A DNA stretch of 64,000 nucleotides from Patescibacteria group bacterium (GTDB taxonomy: Bacteria; Patescibacteriota; Gracilibacteria; UBA4473): contig CBFIAK010000001.1 in assembly GCA_965660445.1 (NCBI GenBank), positions 352,001 through 416,000 on the forward strand, read 5' to 3'. Under the pieces are notes generated by a model. That model had not been told where the DNA came from, searched no databases, and was given only the letters and a program-made list of their open reading frames with translations. A program made the translations under genes and the position numbers. This document shows, in pieces, positions 29,476 to 38,036 of this stretch. Position 1 is the stretch's first letter; every line of letters starts with the position of its first letter.

Positions 29476-31052
29476 AACCTATCGAGCAAATAGAACAATG
29501 CATTAAGGCAAAAGATAATTTTGTTTTAAATGGAGGCGCAGGAAGTGGAAAAACAAAAACGCTTATTGATGTTTTGGATTTATTATATTCAATTGATTCT
29601 GCTTGTAAGATTGCGTGTATCACTTTTACAAATGTAGCTGCAGATGAAATTTCGAATAGGGTTGCTAATAAGAATATTCAACTCAGAGCTTCAACGATCC
29701 ATGACTTTCTTTGGGATATCGTTAAAAATTATCAAAAAAATCTAAAAATAGCTCTTATTGAGCTGATTGATTCTGGAAAAATTTCATATAAAGGGGAAGA
29801 AACCTTAAATAATGATTGGTTCAAAGGAAAAACCATTGATTATCGTGAATGGAAAAAAATTGAAGATGGAATAATTTCACATAATGAGGTTTTGCAATTG
29901 GCAAATAAGCTTTTTCAAGAATTTCCGCTTTTGAGAAAGATCTTAAAAGACAAATACGATGTAGTTTTGATTGATGAATATCAGGATACAGAAAAACAAA
30001 TTATTGAAATTTTCCTCAATTTTTTACAGGAAGATAAAGGAGATTTTATCGTTGGTTTTTTTGGGGATTCAATGCAAGCAATTTATAACAAGGGTATCGG
30101 TGATTTATCGGAGTATGTAAATGCTGGCATAGTCAAAGAGGTGCAGAAAGAAGATAATTGGAGATGTTCAAAAAGCGTGATTGATTTAATTAATAAAATT
30201 CGAAATGACGGACTTGAGCAAAAATCTGCAGGAGATAATGTAAATGGGAAAATAACCTTTTTATACAGCAATACAAATGAGTTCGATATTCAGGAAATTA
30301 AAAAGCATGACGCTTTTAGTGATTTTGATTTTGAAAACGTTGCTGAAAACAAGGAGCTTTACTTGACTCATAAACTAATTGCCACTCAATTTGGTTTTAA
30401 GAATCTTTTAGAAAAATATGAATATACGGAGAATTTAATGGGTGATAATCCTGATCGGTTATCAAAACATTTGTTTAGAATACAAGAGATTATTCATCTT
30501 TATCAAAATAGACACTTTAATGAATTCATCAAAAAAACCGATTACAAGGTTATTAAAAATAGCGATCTCCAATTACTGAAAGACAGTATTGAACAACTTG
30601 TTGATTGTTCCAAGAAGACAATTGAAGAATCTATAAATTTAGCTGACGAACTTAAGCTTGTAATAAAAGATGATAGATTGAACAATTTTATCGTCGAACA
30701 TGAAGAACAATACAATGCAATTAAAGATCTGTCATATGGCGAGATAGTGAATGTTTTTAATTATAAAAATGAGCACTCTCCATATTCAACACAACACGGC
30801 GTAAAAGGAGCGGAATTCGATAATGTTTTTGTCATTCTAGATAATGGAAAGTGGAATCAATACAATTTTACTCATTTATTCAAATTAACTTCAGGAAAAG
30901 AAGATATTATAGAAAGAACAAGAAAAATGTTTTATGTTTCATGCTCTAGGGCAAAAAAGAACCTTGTGGTATTTTTTCCAAATCCTGATGTCCATGTTTT
31001 GGATCAAGCTCGAATATGGTTTGGCACCAAAAATGTTGTTGAAATAGAATAA
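29457..31052 (+). CDS. UvrD-like helicase (GajB-like)
   Basis: GAGSGKT, ITFTN, DEYQD, GDSMQAIY, HGVKGAEFD, YVSCSRAK; overlaps the OLD gene. Confidence 0.92.
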   Translation: MADEKIKPIEQIEQCIKAKDNFVLNGGAGSGKTKTLIDVLDLLYSIDSACKIACITFTNVAADEISNRVANKNIQLRASTIHDFLWDIVKNYQKNLKIALIELIDSGKISYKGEETLNNDWFKGKTIDYREWKKIEDGIISHNEVLQLANKLFQEFPLLRKILKDKYDVVLIDEYQDTEKQIIEIFLNFLQEDKGDFIVGFFGDSMQAIYNKGIGDLSEYVNAGIVKEVQKEDNWRCSKSVIDLINKIRNDGLEQKSAGDNVNGKITFLYSNTNEFDIQEIKKHDAFSDFDFENVAENKELYLTHKLIATQFGFKNLLEKYEYTENLMGDNPDRLSKHLFRIQEIIHLYQNRHFNEFIKKTDYKVIKNSDLQLLKDSIEQLVDCSKKTIEESINLADELKLVIKDDRLNNFIVEHEEQYNAIKDLSYGEIVNVFNYKNEHSPYSTQHGVKGAEFDNVFVILDNGKWNQYNFTHLFKLTSGKEDIIERTRKMFYVSCSRAKKNLVVFFPNPDVHVLDQARIWFGTKNVVEIE

Positions 31053-31243
31053 TTGTTTGATTTTGGCATAGGTTGTGATACCATTTTGGTACGGAATTTC
31101 TAATTTTTAGTAGTTGCGCAGAGTCTTAAAGACTAACTCGTTTCCGCTTAGCGGAGGCAAGGAGAGTTGGTATTTTTGCGTTTAAATTTACGCAACTTCT
31201 CTCACTTCTCACACGGAGCCCCCCCCATTATTAAGCCAAAATT

Positions 31244-31595
31244 ATGCAAGGAAAAAAGACTACATCTCGGGATAAGAAACGCTTTCTTGATGCCTTCAAG
31301 CGAAGACATGGAATTGTCACACTTGCTTGCAACGACGCAGGTATCTCAAATTTTACTTTTTATAAGTGGATGAGAGATGATCCTGAATTCGCAGAACAAG
31401 CCGAAGAAGTCCGCGACATTGAGATCGGGATCATTGCCGAAGACCGTCTTGCCGAAGCCGATCATCGTGCATAAAGACATGGCGATGGTTCGGTTTTACC
31501 TGCAATCACGAAATCGCAAATATATGCAAAAAATTCAAACAGAAATCCATGATCCAACCAAAGAGCTGGCGGATCTGCTCTGTTTGGATGAGTAG
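31244..31595 (+). pseudogene. Frameshifted terminase-small-subunit-like HTH gene
   Basis: KKRFLDAF..GIVTLAC..AGIS..TFYKWM..DPEF..AEDRL continues in another frame as IIVHKDMAMVRFYLQSR; one extra base near 31460. Confidence 0.65.
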
Positions 31596-31609
31596 AAATT
31601 AACCAACCA

Positions 31610-32335
31610 ATGAAATATAAAGATGTAATCACAAACGAGGCACACGTTCGCCCACAGGCGCGAATGAATCCCTTTGACCTAGTTGTTAGCCAATACTGGG
31701 GCAAGCCAAGCACACAGGCCGTATTTCGGGCTTTATTTCAAAAGGTGAAGCAACTTCCCTTTGATACTTTGTACATTACTTGGAATAATGCCGACTTTCG
31801 CAGATCTTTCTTGCAATCTGGTGTTGATTTGGAGTATGTCTTTTTTGAGCTTTGCAATCTTTCGGAAGAAGCTTGTTTGGATGAGGAAGAATCTCGCTTT
31901 GTAATTCACGATACTGGATTTTTGTGGAAAAATAATCCGAATGGTTCGCTTACCTTTTTCATTTCTGATCGCGAAAAAATGGAGGACTTTTTGGAAAGCA
32001 AGCAGGGAGTTAGATTCAAGGTTTATCCACACAAAACACAGAGATACAAAGATATCACTTTTGACCTAACTACAGGAGAGATTTTTAAATCAGGCAAGCA
32101 GATAGATAAAATTGAACTAGGTACTGACTACGAAAAATTAATCAAACTTCTGCTTGAAAATCGTGGGTATAATTTCTCATATTTGGAATTAGCCCGAACT
32201 TTGGGGATAGAGCAACTTTATACGAGAAATAAATTTGATACAGAAAAATCAATCAGCACCAAATTTTCTCGGCTCAATGCCAAGTGTCGTGAGAAAGTTT
32301 TTCAGTGCAATAACGGCTACTTTGTGGCTATTTAA
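31610..32335 (+). CDS. Hypothetical protein with C-terminal winged-helix (OmpR-like) domain
   Basis: KLIKLLLENRGYNFSYLELA...ISTKFSRL...NNGY. Confidence 0.65.
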   Translation: MKYKDVITNEAHVRPQARMNPFDLVVSQYWGKPSTQAVFRALFQKVKQLPFDTLYITWNNADFRRSFLQSGVDLEYVFFELCNLSEEACLDEEESRFVIHDTGFLWKNNPNGSLTFFISDREKMEDFLESKQGVRFKVYPHKTQRYKDITFDLTTGEIFKSGKQIDKIELGTDYEKLIKLLLENRGYNFSYLELARTLGIEQLYTRNKFDTEKSISTKFSRLNAKCREKVFQCNNGYFVAI

Positions 32336-32426
32336 AGCACTTGCGAAAGGATGACGAAACGATGTGGGTGCCTTTTTGTAGTGCTCAAATGACAATGTGT
32401 GCGAGTTCAACAAAGTAACCGCACAT

Positions 32427-32612
32427 ATGAATCGAGATGTAAAAAGACAAGACGGGCAAGATATGACCTCCTCGCAGAAAGAGAAACTGCGAGAGATTTT
32501 TGCATGTCGCTACGAGCGGGAGCTTGATGACCAAGAACTTTTTGAAATCCACTTCAATTTGAAGCGGTTTTTCAGTCTGCTTGATAAGTTCGAGTCAGGC
32601 AATGATTTATAG
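32427..32612 (+). CDS. Small hypothetical protein
   Basis: Co-oriented ORF in replication module; start uncertain. Confidence 0.55.
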   Translation: MNRDVKRQDGQDMTSSQKEKLREIFACRYERELDDQELFEIHFNLKRFFSLLDKFESGNDL

Positions 32613-32631
32613 CCTTTAATTTTTTTACACT

Positions 32632-32877
32632 ATGACAAACATTGAAAACCTCTACCAAACTTCCGATTGGTACCTCTGTGTATTTTTAATCGCACGAGAG
32701 CATGAACTCATCGACGTCGATCGACGAGATGGTAAGCGATGTAAATTCATTTTTGAAGATGATTTTGACCTCCAAAGTGATGTACGAGGCTTTTGGGGAA
32801 ATGAGGATATTGGTGTGCAGGATTTTGTGGCTGCGGTAAAAAAAGCAAAATCAATTCTCTATTCCGATAGCTATTAG
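32632..32877 (+). CDS. DUF5659-like small protein
   Basis: YQTSDWYLCVFL..L..VDR....KFIFE pattern. Confidence 0.65.
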   Translation: MTNIENLYQTSDWYLCVFLIAREHELIDVDRRDGKRCKFIFEDDFDLQSDVRGFWGNEDIGVQDFVAAVKKAKSILYSDSY

Positions 32878-32928
32878 ACGTCTATAAGCCGTCTATTAGT
32901 CGTCGCAAACTTTTTAAGATAAAGATAT

Positions 32929-33690
32929 ATGGATCACGAAAATTTCACCAGAATCCCCAACGATGTCCTCGAAGAGGCAATTGGCAACAAAGCGATGTGT
33001 GCAAGAGCACGCGTTTTTATGGCTATTTTGCGGAAAACTTACGGCTGGAATAAAAAGGAAGACTGGATCGCTTTATCCCAATTTGAGAAGATGACGGGAA
33101 TCAGTAAAGCGAATATTTGCCGAACTCTCAGGCAGCTGACCGCCCTAAAAATCATTATCAAATCTGACAACAAATACCGCATAAATCCCATTGGTAAGAC
33201 GTGGGAGTCATTATCAAATATGACAAAGAAAAAGCCCGTTATCAAATCTGATAAACCCCTTTGTCAAAACGGACAATCTCCTTTGTCGGATATGACACCC
33301 ACAAAAGACACTCTTACAAAAAACACTTTTTTACAAAAGAAAGATAAAACCTTGCAAAATTCTTTTGCAAGGGAGCTCTCAAATAAAATGACTAAAAAAC
33401 ATTTTGATTTGTTTTATAGGCACTTCCCAAAGAAAGGGAAAAAGAAAACTTCAGAAAGAAGATTTATGAAACTCGACCGTTCAAGATTCGGGCTAATCAT
33501 GACCGCGATGTGTTCCAAAATAAACACTCCAACTTGGAATATAAACAGAAAACAATACACGCCATACGCCAGCGATTGGATTGCGGGCGATATGGAAGAA
33601 GATATTGCTGCGCTGGATTTGGAAAATCCTAGATACAAAACATTGTTTGAATGTTATTCCGATGAAAAATATCACGGAATCTTTGAATAA
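32929..33690 (+). CDS. Phage replication initiator (lambda O-like N-terminal domain)
   Basis: FTRIPNDVLE..RVFMAILRKTYGWNKKEDWIALSQFEKMTG. Confidence 0.9.
   Translation: MDHENFTRIPNDVLEEAIGNKAMCARARVFMAILRKTYGWNKKEDWIALSQFEKMTGISKANICRTLRQLTALKIIIKSDNKYRINPIGKTWESLSNMTKKKPVIKSDKPLCQNGQSPLSDMTPTKDTLTKNTFLQKKDKTLQNSFARELSNKMTKKHFDLFYRHFPKKGKKKTSERRFMKLDRSRFGLIMTAMCSKINTPTWNINRKQYTPYASDWIAGDMEEDIAALDLENPRYKTLFECYSDEKYHGIFE
33155..33298. repeat. Five palindromic iterons inside the replication gene (probable origin)
   Basis: TTRTC-N6-GAYAA-like 16-mers at 33155, 33211, 33239, 33261, 33283, then A-rich tract. Confidence 0.75.
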
Positions 33691-33747
33691 CTTGCTATTC
33701 CCACCCCTTCGAGCAATGTATACCTAACAACATTTATAAGAATACCC

Positions 33748-35580
33748 ATGCAGAAAACCATACTTTATTGCCGTAAATCTACGGAGTCGGATGAACGCCA
33801 AGTGCAGTCGCTCGACGATCAAATTTCCGAGATGAAAGAGTTTGTAACCCGCTTTAACACGGGCTTTGCTCGCACACCCGATGATCAACTCAAGCTCATC
33901 AGTACCAAGACGGAAAGCTTTTCCGCCAAGATGTGTGGCAGGCGCAAGGTGTTCAACGAGGTGATGACAGAGGTAGAAAACGGGCAATGTGACTGCATTC
34001 TAGTGTGGTCAATCGATCGTTTGTCTCGGAATGTGGGAGATGTGGAGCGAGTTATTGCCTTATTGGAATGCGGACTCCTCAAACAAATCCGTACACCGAG
34101 CCAAGAATTCAAAAATGAGCCGTTTCACAAATATATGCTCGTGCAGGCGGTGGCGAATGCCAAACTAGAGAACGATCAAAAAGGTGTAAATGTGGTGCGT
34201 GGGCTGAAATCCAAAATCCGAAGCGGAGACTGGATCGGCTGGGCGCGAATCGGCTACGAAAACTTTGGAAACAAAAAGGGGCAAAAATGGGTGGATAAAG
34301 ACGAGACTCGTTGGGAAGTTGTGAAAAACTGCTGGGATATGTTTGCGACGGGGAGTTATTCCGTTCCGCAAATCAAAGAATATGCCGAGAAAATGGGGCT
34401 TCGTGCCAGACCGACTCGCAGACAACCTGAAGGCTCAATGGTCGGGATCAACACTTATTACGGCATGTTTCGCAATCCTTTCTATATGGGCAAAATGCGG
34501 ATTGGTAATTCACACAGCGGAAAAGGCGTGAAGATTTTTGCCGAAGCCAAAGAGCTGCTTACCCGAGGCGAGATCGAGGGCGAACTCTGCGAAGACTGCG
34601 TGGTAGTCGAAGCCAATCATCCGCCGATGATCAGTGAAGAGATGTTTTATAGGGTGCAAGAAGTACTCAAACAGCGCGGCCTTGCCCATCACACGGCGAG
34701 GAAACGCATTCACAACTATCTTTTTGCGGGAGCGATCCATTGCAAAAAATGCGGATGTGCGACCGTAACCGAGGAAAAGCGGAAATACAAATGCTCACAT
34801 TGCCATAAATGGTTTACACGATCTAAAAATCACCCTCTACCTCTTGATTGTCCGAAATGCAAAGAATCCATCACCGAAGAAACAAGAGAAAGTGTTGTAA
34901 TCCACCGATATGTCCGCTGTACGGGGCATAACAAAAACAAAAAGCCCTGCTCGCAGGGAGAATGCCAAAACGGAAGTTACAAAAGAACCGCTGTAGAAGC
35001 CGAGATTTGCCAACAAATCGAGGATTATCTCGATAGCCTATCGATTTCCCCCGAGATTCTCGAATATGCTCAAGAAACTCTCCGTGACGAGCATTTCCAA
35101 AAGAAGGTACTGGAAAACAAATCATTACAGAATCTGCAAAAAGATCACCAGCTCATCAAGAATAAGCTCGATAACTTACTCGAGATGAGGCTTGCGGGTG
35201 AGATAGAAAGCGACCTGTTTGCGCAGAAAAAGGCGGATCTCACTACAAAGCAAGATGAGATCATGAAACAAATCCAAAAGCTCAACGATAAAAACACCGA
35301 CTGGGTCGAACAAGCCGATAACTGCCTGAATCTGGCTAACAGAGCCAAAAGAGCATGGAAGAGCGGATCAAAACAGCTAAAACGCGAAATCTTGAAAAGT
35401 TTGAGTTCGAACGCGTATTTAGTGGATGGAAAAATCGAACTGGAATTGCGGAAACCTTTTGACACACTGCTTATTCCGCGACTTGACGAAGACAAGAAAA
35501 AAGCACAGAAATCTCTTTCTGCGCCTGAATTTTCTAACTGGCTCCCGGGGTCGGGTTCGAACCGACGGCCAAGTGGTTAA
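33748..35580 (+). CDS. Large serine recombinase (integrase)
   Basis: YCRKS catalytic motif, DRLSRN, recombinase domain (RNPFYMG, HPPMISEEMF), Zn-ribbon CxxC motifs, coiled coil. Confidence 0.95.
   Translation: MQKTILYCRKSTESDERQVQSLDDQISEMKEFVTRFNTGFARTPDDQLKLISTKTESFSAKMCGRRKVFNEVMTEVENGQCDCILVWSIDRLSRNVGDVERVIALLECGLLKQIRTPSQEFKNEPFHKYMLVQAVANAKLENDQKGVNVVRGLKSKIRSGDWIGWARIGYENFGNKKGQKWVDKDETRWEVVKNCWDMFATGSYSVPQIKEYAEKMGLRARPTRRQPEGSMVGINTYYGMFRNPFYMGKMRIGNSHSGKGVKIFAEAKELLTRGEIEGELCEDCVVVEANHPPMISEEMFYRVQEVLKQRGLAHHTARKRIHNYLFAGAIHCKKCGCATVTEEKRKYKCSHCHKWFTRSKNHPLPLDCPKCKESITEETRESVVIHRYVRCTGHNKNKKPCSQGECQNGSYKRTAVEAEICQQIEDYLDSLSISPEILEYAQETLRDEHFQKKVLENKSLQNLQKDHQLIKNKLDNLLEMRLAGEIESDLFAQKKADLTTKQDEIMKQIQKLNDKNTDWVEQADNCLNLANRAKRAWKSGSKQLKREILKSLSSNAYLVDGKIELELRKPFDTLLIPRLDEDKKKAQKSLSAPEFSNWLPGSGSNRRPSG
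35497..35524 (-). terminator. Element-supplied tRNA-Asn terminator antisense to the integrase 3' end
   Basis: Minus strand GCGCAGAAA-GAGA-TTTCTGTGC-TTTTTT, 14 nt after the tRNA CCA. Confidence 0.7.
35529..35545. repeat. Right att core (17 bp)
   Basis: ATTTTCTAACTGGCTCC; includes last 7 nt of tRNA-Asn. Confidence 0.92.
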
Positions 35581-35613
35581 CAGCCACTTGCTCTACCGCT
35601 GAGCTACCCGGGA
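35539..35613 (-). tRNA. tRNA-Asn (GUU)
   Basis: TCCCGGG TAGCTCAGCGGTAGAGC AAGTGG CT-GTT-AA CCACT..GGTTCGAACCC..CCCGGGA G CCA. Confidence 0.97.
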
Positions 35614-35781
35614 GTATGTAAGTAGAAAACATATTCTTATTATAGATACTTGAGATGAGATATCTAAGTGGTTCATCCCGACCAGTCGGGACTCTGTGCC
35701 TGAACTATCTGAGAGTATGTGAAGATGAAATGTTGAAGAACTGTTTTGTGCTCGAAACAGCTCGCTTATTCTTTTTATTTT

Positions 35782-36444
35782 TTAAAAAATTGCAAGTTTT
35801 TTTTCTGTTTCTGGTGCTAAGACTTCTTCTTTGTAAAAATCATCTTTGTGAAGCATTACGAGTTCTCCAATACGATTACGAACAGATTCTTTATAAACCT
35901 TTTTATTGCGTTCAAAATCTTTTTCTAAAATCTCAAGAGGATGTTTGTTGCCATATAATGTGTGCCAACGTGCATGAAACTGCCTGCCAATATCTCGAAA
36001 ACTATTAATACCTCGTCGTGTTTCAAAACCATCATTTCTGCGTGATCGAGGAATGATGTGGTGTTCATCTCGTTCTCGTTTTCGGGGCTGAGCCCCATTT
36101 CCATCAACAAAAATTCGTTTTCCGTTTTGAATGTACTCTACAAACCTCCGAACATCGTGATCTGTGGGGTCTGATAAAACCGTGTCTTCAAAAAATTCAT
36201 CCGGTGGTAGAATTGATAAATCGCGTATCTCTGATCGGACGTCATGTCGAAGAACACTTTGATTGATTAAATAAAATAATGCGAGTTGTTCGAGCGGTGT
36301 TTTTTGTTTGTATAAATCATCAACCCTGTGAGACATTTTACTTGATAAAAGAATAATGTTTTCTGGTGCAGTCGTGTTGTAACCATGCTTCTCTCTAGCG
36401 CTTGGTATTATCTCATGTGCGGTTTCGTCTTCATGAATATACAT
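35782..36444 (-). CDS. Hypothetical protein with two tandem HNH-like repeats
   Basis: HEIIPSAR.. and HHIIPRSR..N..H..WH halves align. Confidence 0.65.
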   Translation of the reverse strand: MYIHEDETAHEIIPSAREKHGYNTTAPENIILLSSKMSHRVDDLYKQKTPLEQLALFYLINQSVLRHDVRSEIRDLSILPPDEFFEDTVLSDPTDHDVRRFVEYIQNGKRIFVDGNGAQPRKRERDEHHIIPRSRRNDGFETRRGINSFRDIGRQFHARWHTLYGNKHPLEILEKDFERNKKVYKESVRNRIGELVMLHKDDFYKEEVLAPETEKKLAIF

Positions 36445-36719
36445 GATTCTTTTTTATATTATAAAATTTTTAAAAACATTGGGTCAAGACAAAAACTGAA
36501 CCTTATTTGTGTTCATTTTCCCCATTGTGAACACAAAAAAAATACATAAAGTATATTTCCTTAGTGAGAGAAAGGGGAAATGATTTGTAAAAACAAAAAA
36601 TGTGTTCTACTATGGCAATGAAACGAGCTTTATTCCTTTTTGATAGCGGTTTTAGCGAGTTTCTGTTTTTCAACACTTTGTGCACAACTTTTGCACATTT
36701 ATAAAAAAAAAGAACAAGC

Positions 36720-37658
36720 ATGAATAGTCATACACTCTCACATTCGCCAGTACTTCAGAAAGAAGTTTTGGCGTTTTTATTTTTTGATGGTGTGCAGACC
36801 GTTTTTGATGGAACGTTGGGATTGGGGGGGCATGCAGAAAGTATTTTGCAACAGTTTCCGTTAGTTTCACAGTATATTGCTTGTGATTTAGATATGCAGC
36901 ATCTTCTGTTTGCAAAAAAACGACTTCATGCTTGGGAGCAGAAACTTGAATTACATCATGCTAATTTTTCAGAAATCGCGTCTCTTTTAGCGAAATCAAA
37001 GAGAGTTCATCCATTAGTTATTTTGCTTGATTTAGGCTTGTGTTCAAACCATGTAGATGATGCTCAAAAAGGGTTTAGTCTGCAGCAAGATGGACCTTTG
37101 TCTATGGCATTTGATGTTGAAAATGCAGAAAAAACAGCAGAAACAGTTTTAAACTCATATTCTCTTGATGAATTGACACATTTATTGCGTCATTATGGAG
37201 AGGAACCATCGGCACGAAAGATTGCACAAGCACTCGTTGATGCTCGTCAAGAAGTGCCTCTAAAAACAACGTTTGATTTGCGAGCGGTTATTGAACGTTG
37301 TATTCATCCAAAAGACAGGAATAAGACACTTATGCGTGTTTTTCAGGCAGTTCGTATTGAAGTAAACGATGAACTCGTGCATTTGAAAAAAACACTAGAA
37401 TCTGTGTTATCGGTTATGCAGTCGGGTGATCGACTTGGTGTTATTTCTTATCACGCTTTAGAAGATCGGATGGTAAAACAATATTTTGCTTTGTATTCAC
37501 AACCAAAAACAGCTCCCACTGAGTTTTCGTTGCATACCGTTATTGCCGAGGCGCAAGCAAAAACCCAAACGAAAAAACCAATAGTGCCTTCTTCGCAGGA
37601 GATAGAATCAAATCCTCGTGCGAGAAGTGCGAAGTTTCGTATCCTTCAGAAAATATAA
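36720..37658 (+). CDS. rsmH: 16S rRNA m4C1402 methyltransferase
   Basis: HSPVL, DGTLGLGGHA, YGEE, FQAVRIEVN, ISYHALEDR, NPRARSAK. Confidence 0.97.
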   Translation: MNSHTLSHSPVLQKEVLAFLFFDGVQTVFDGTLGLGGHAESILQQFPLVSQYIACDLDMQHLLFAKKRLHAWEQKLELHHANFSEIASLLAKSKRVHPLVILLDLGLCSNHVDDAQKGFSLQQDGPLSMAFDVENAEKTAETVLNSYSLDELTHLLRHYGEEPSARKIAQALVDARQEVPLKTTFDLRAVIERCIHPKDRNKTLMRVFQAVRIEVNDELVHLKKTLESVLSVMQSGDRLGVISYHALEDRMVKQYFALYSQPKTAPTEFSLHTVIAEAQAKTQTKKPIVPSSQEIESNPRARSAKFRILQKI

Positions 37659-37664
37659 ATTTTT

Positions 37665-38024
37665 ATGACAAAAACACGTATCCACACTCATACTGAAACT
37701 GAAAAAAATAAATCTGAATCAATAGCAGTGTATGATAGTTATCGTCATTTTCAAAAATTAGTAATGGGGGGGAGTCTCCTTGTTTTGGTTCTTGGATTTA
37801 CGTATCTCATTGCGCTGAATTCTATTGCAACCCGTGGATTTGCGTTAGAACAAATAAAAGCCGATCGAATTACAATTGTAAAACGATTAGAGCAAGTGGA
37901 GATTCAGTCAGCCATTCCGTTGAGTCTTTATGCTTTACAAAGTTCTTCTCAAATACAAAATATGGAGATGGTCGAAAAAAAACAATATCTTCATATTGAA
38001 AACGGACGAGTCGCAATTCGGTAA
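37665..38024 (+). CDS. FtsL-like bitopic protein
   Basis: Single TM plus coiled coil directly after rsmH. Confidence 0.55.
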   Translation: MTKTRIHTHTETEKNKSESIAVYDSYRHFQKLVMGGSLLVLVLGFTYLIALNSIATRGFALEQIKADRITIVKRLEQVEIQSAIPLSLYALQSSSQIQNMEMVEKKQYLHIENGRVAIR

Positions 38025-38036
38025 TAGTTTGAATAC

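Larger units (their letters stand above)
17295..35545. mobile_element. Integrative element/defence island at tRNA-Asn 3' end, large serine recombinase type
   Basis: Identical 17-bp ATTTTCTAACTGGCTCC at both ends, right copy overlapping the tRNA CCA end; all genes co-oriented; recombinase, replication and defence genes inside. Confidence 0.92.

Noticed and set aside
17295-35545. Intact prophage or ICE
   Set aside because: No capsid, tail, large terminase, lysis, relaxase or T4SS genes between the att sites
36670-36700. MraZ-box-like CAC repeats upstream of rsmH
   Set aside because: No clear GTGGG-type repeats and no mraZ gene adjacent
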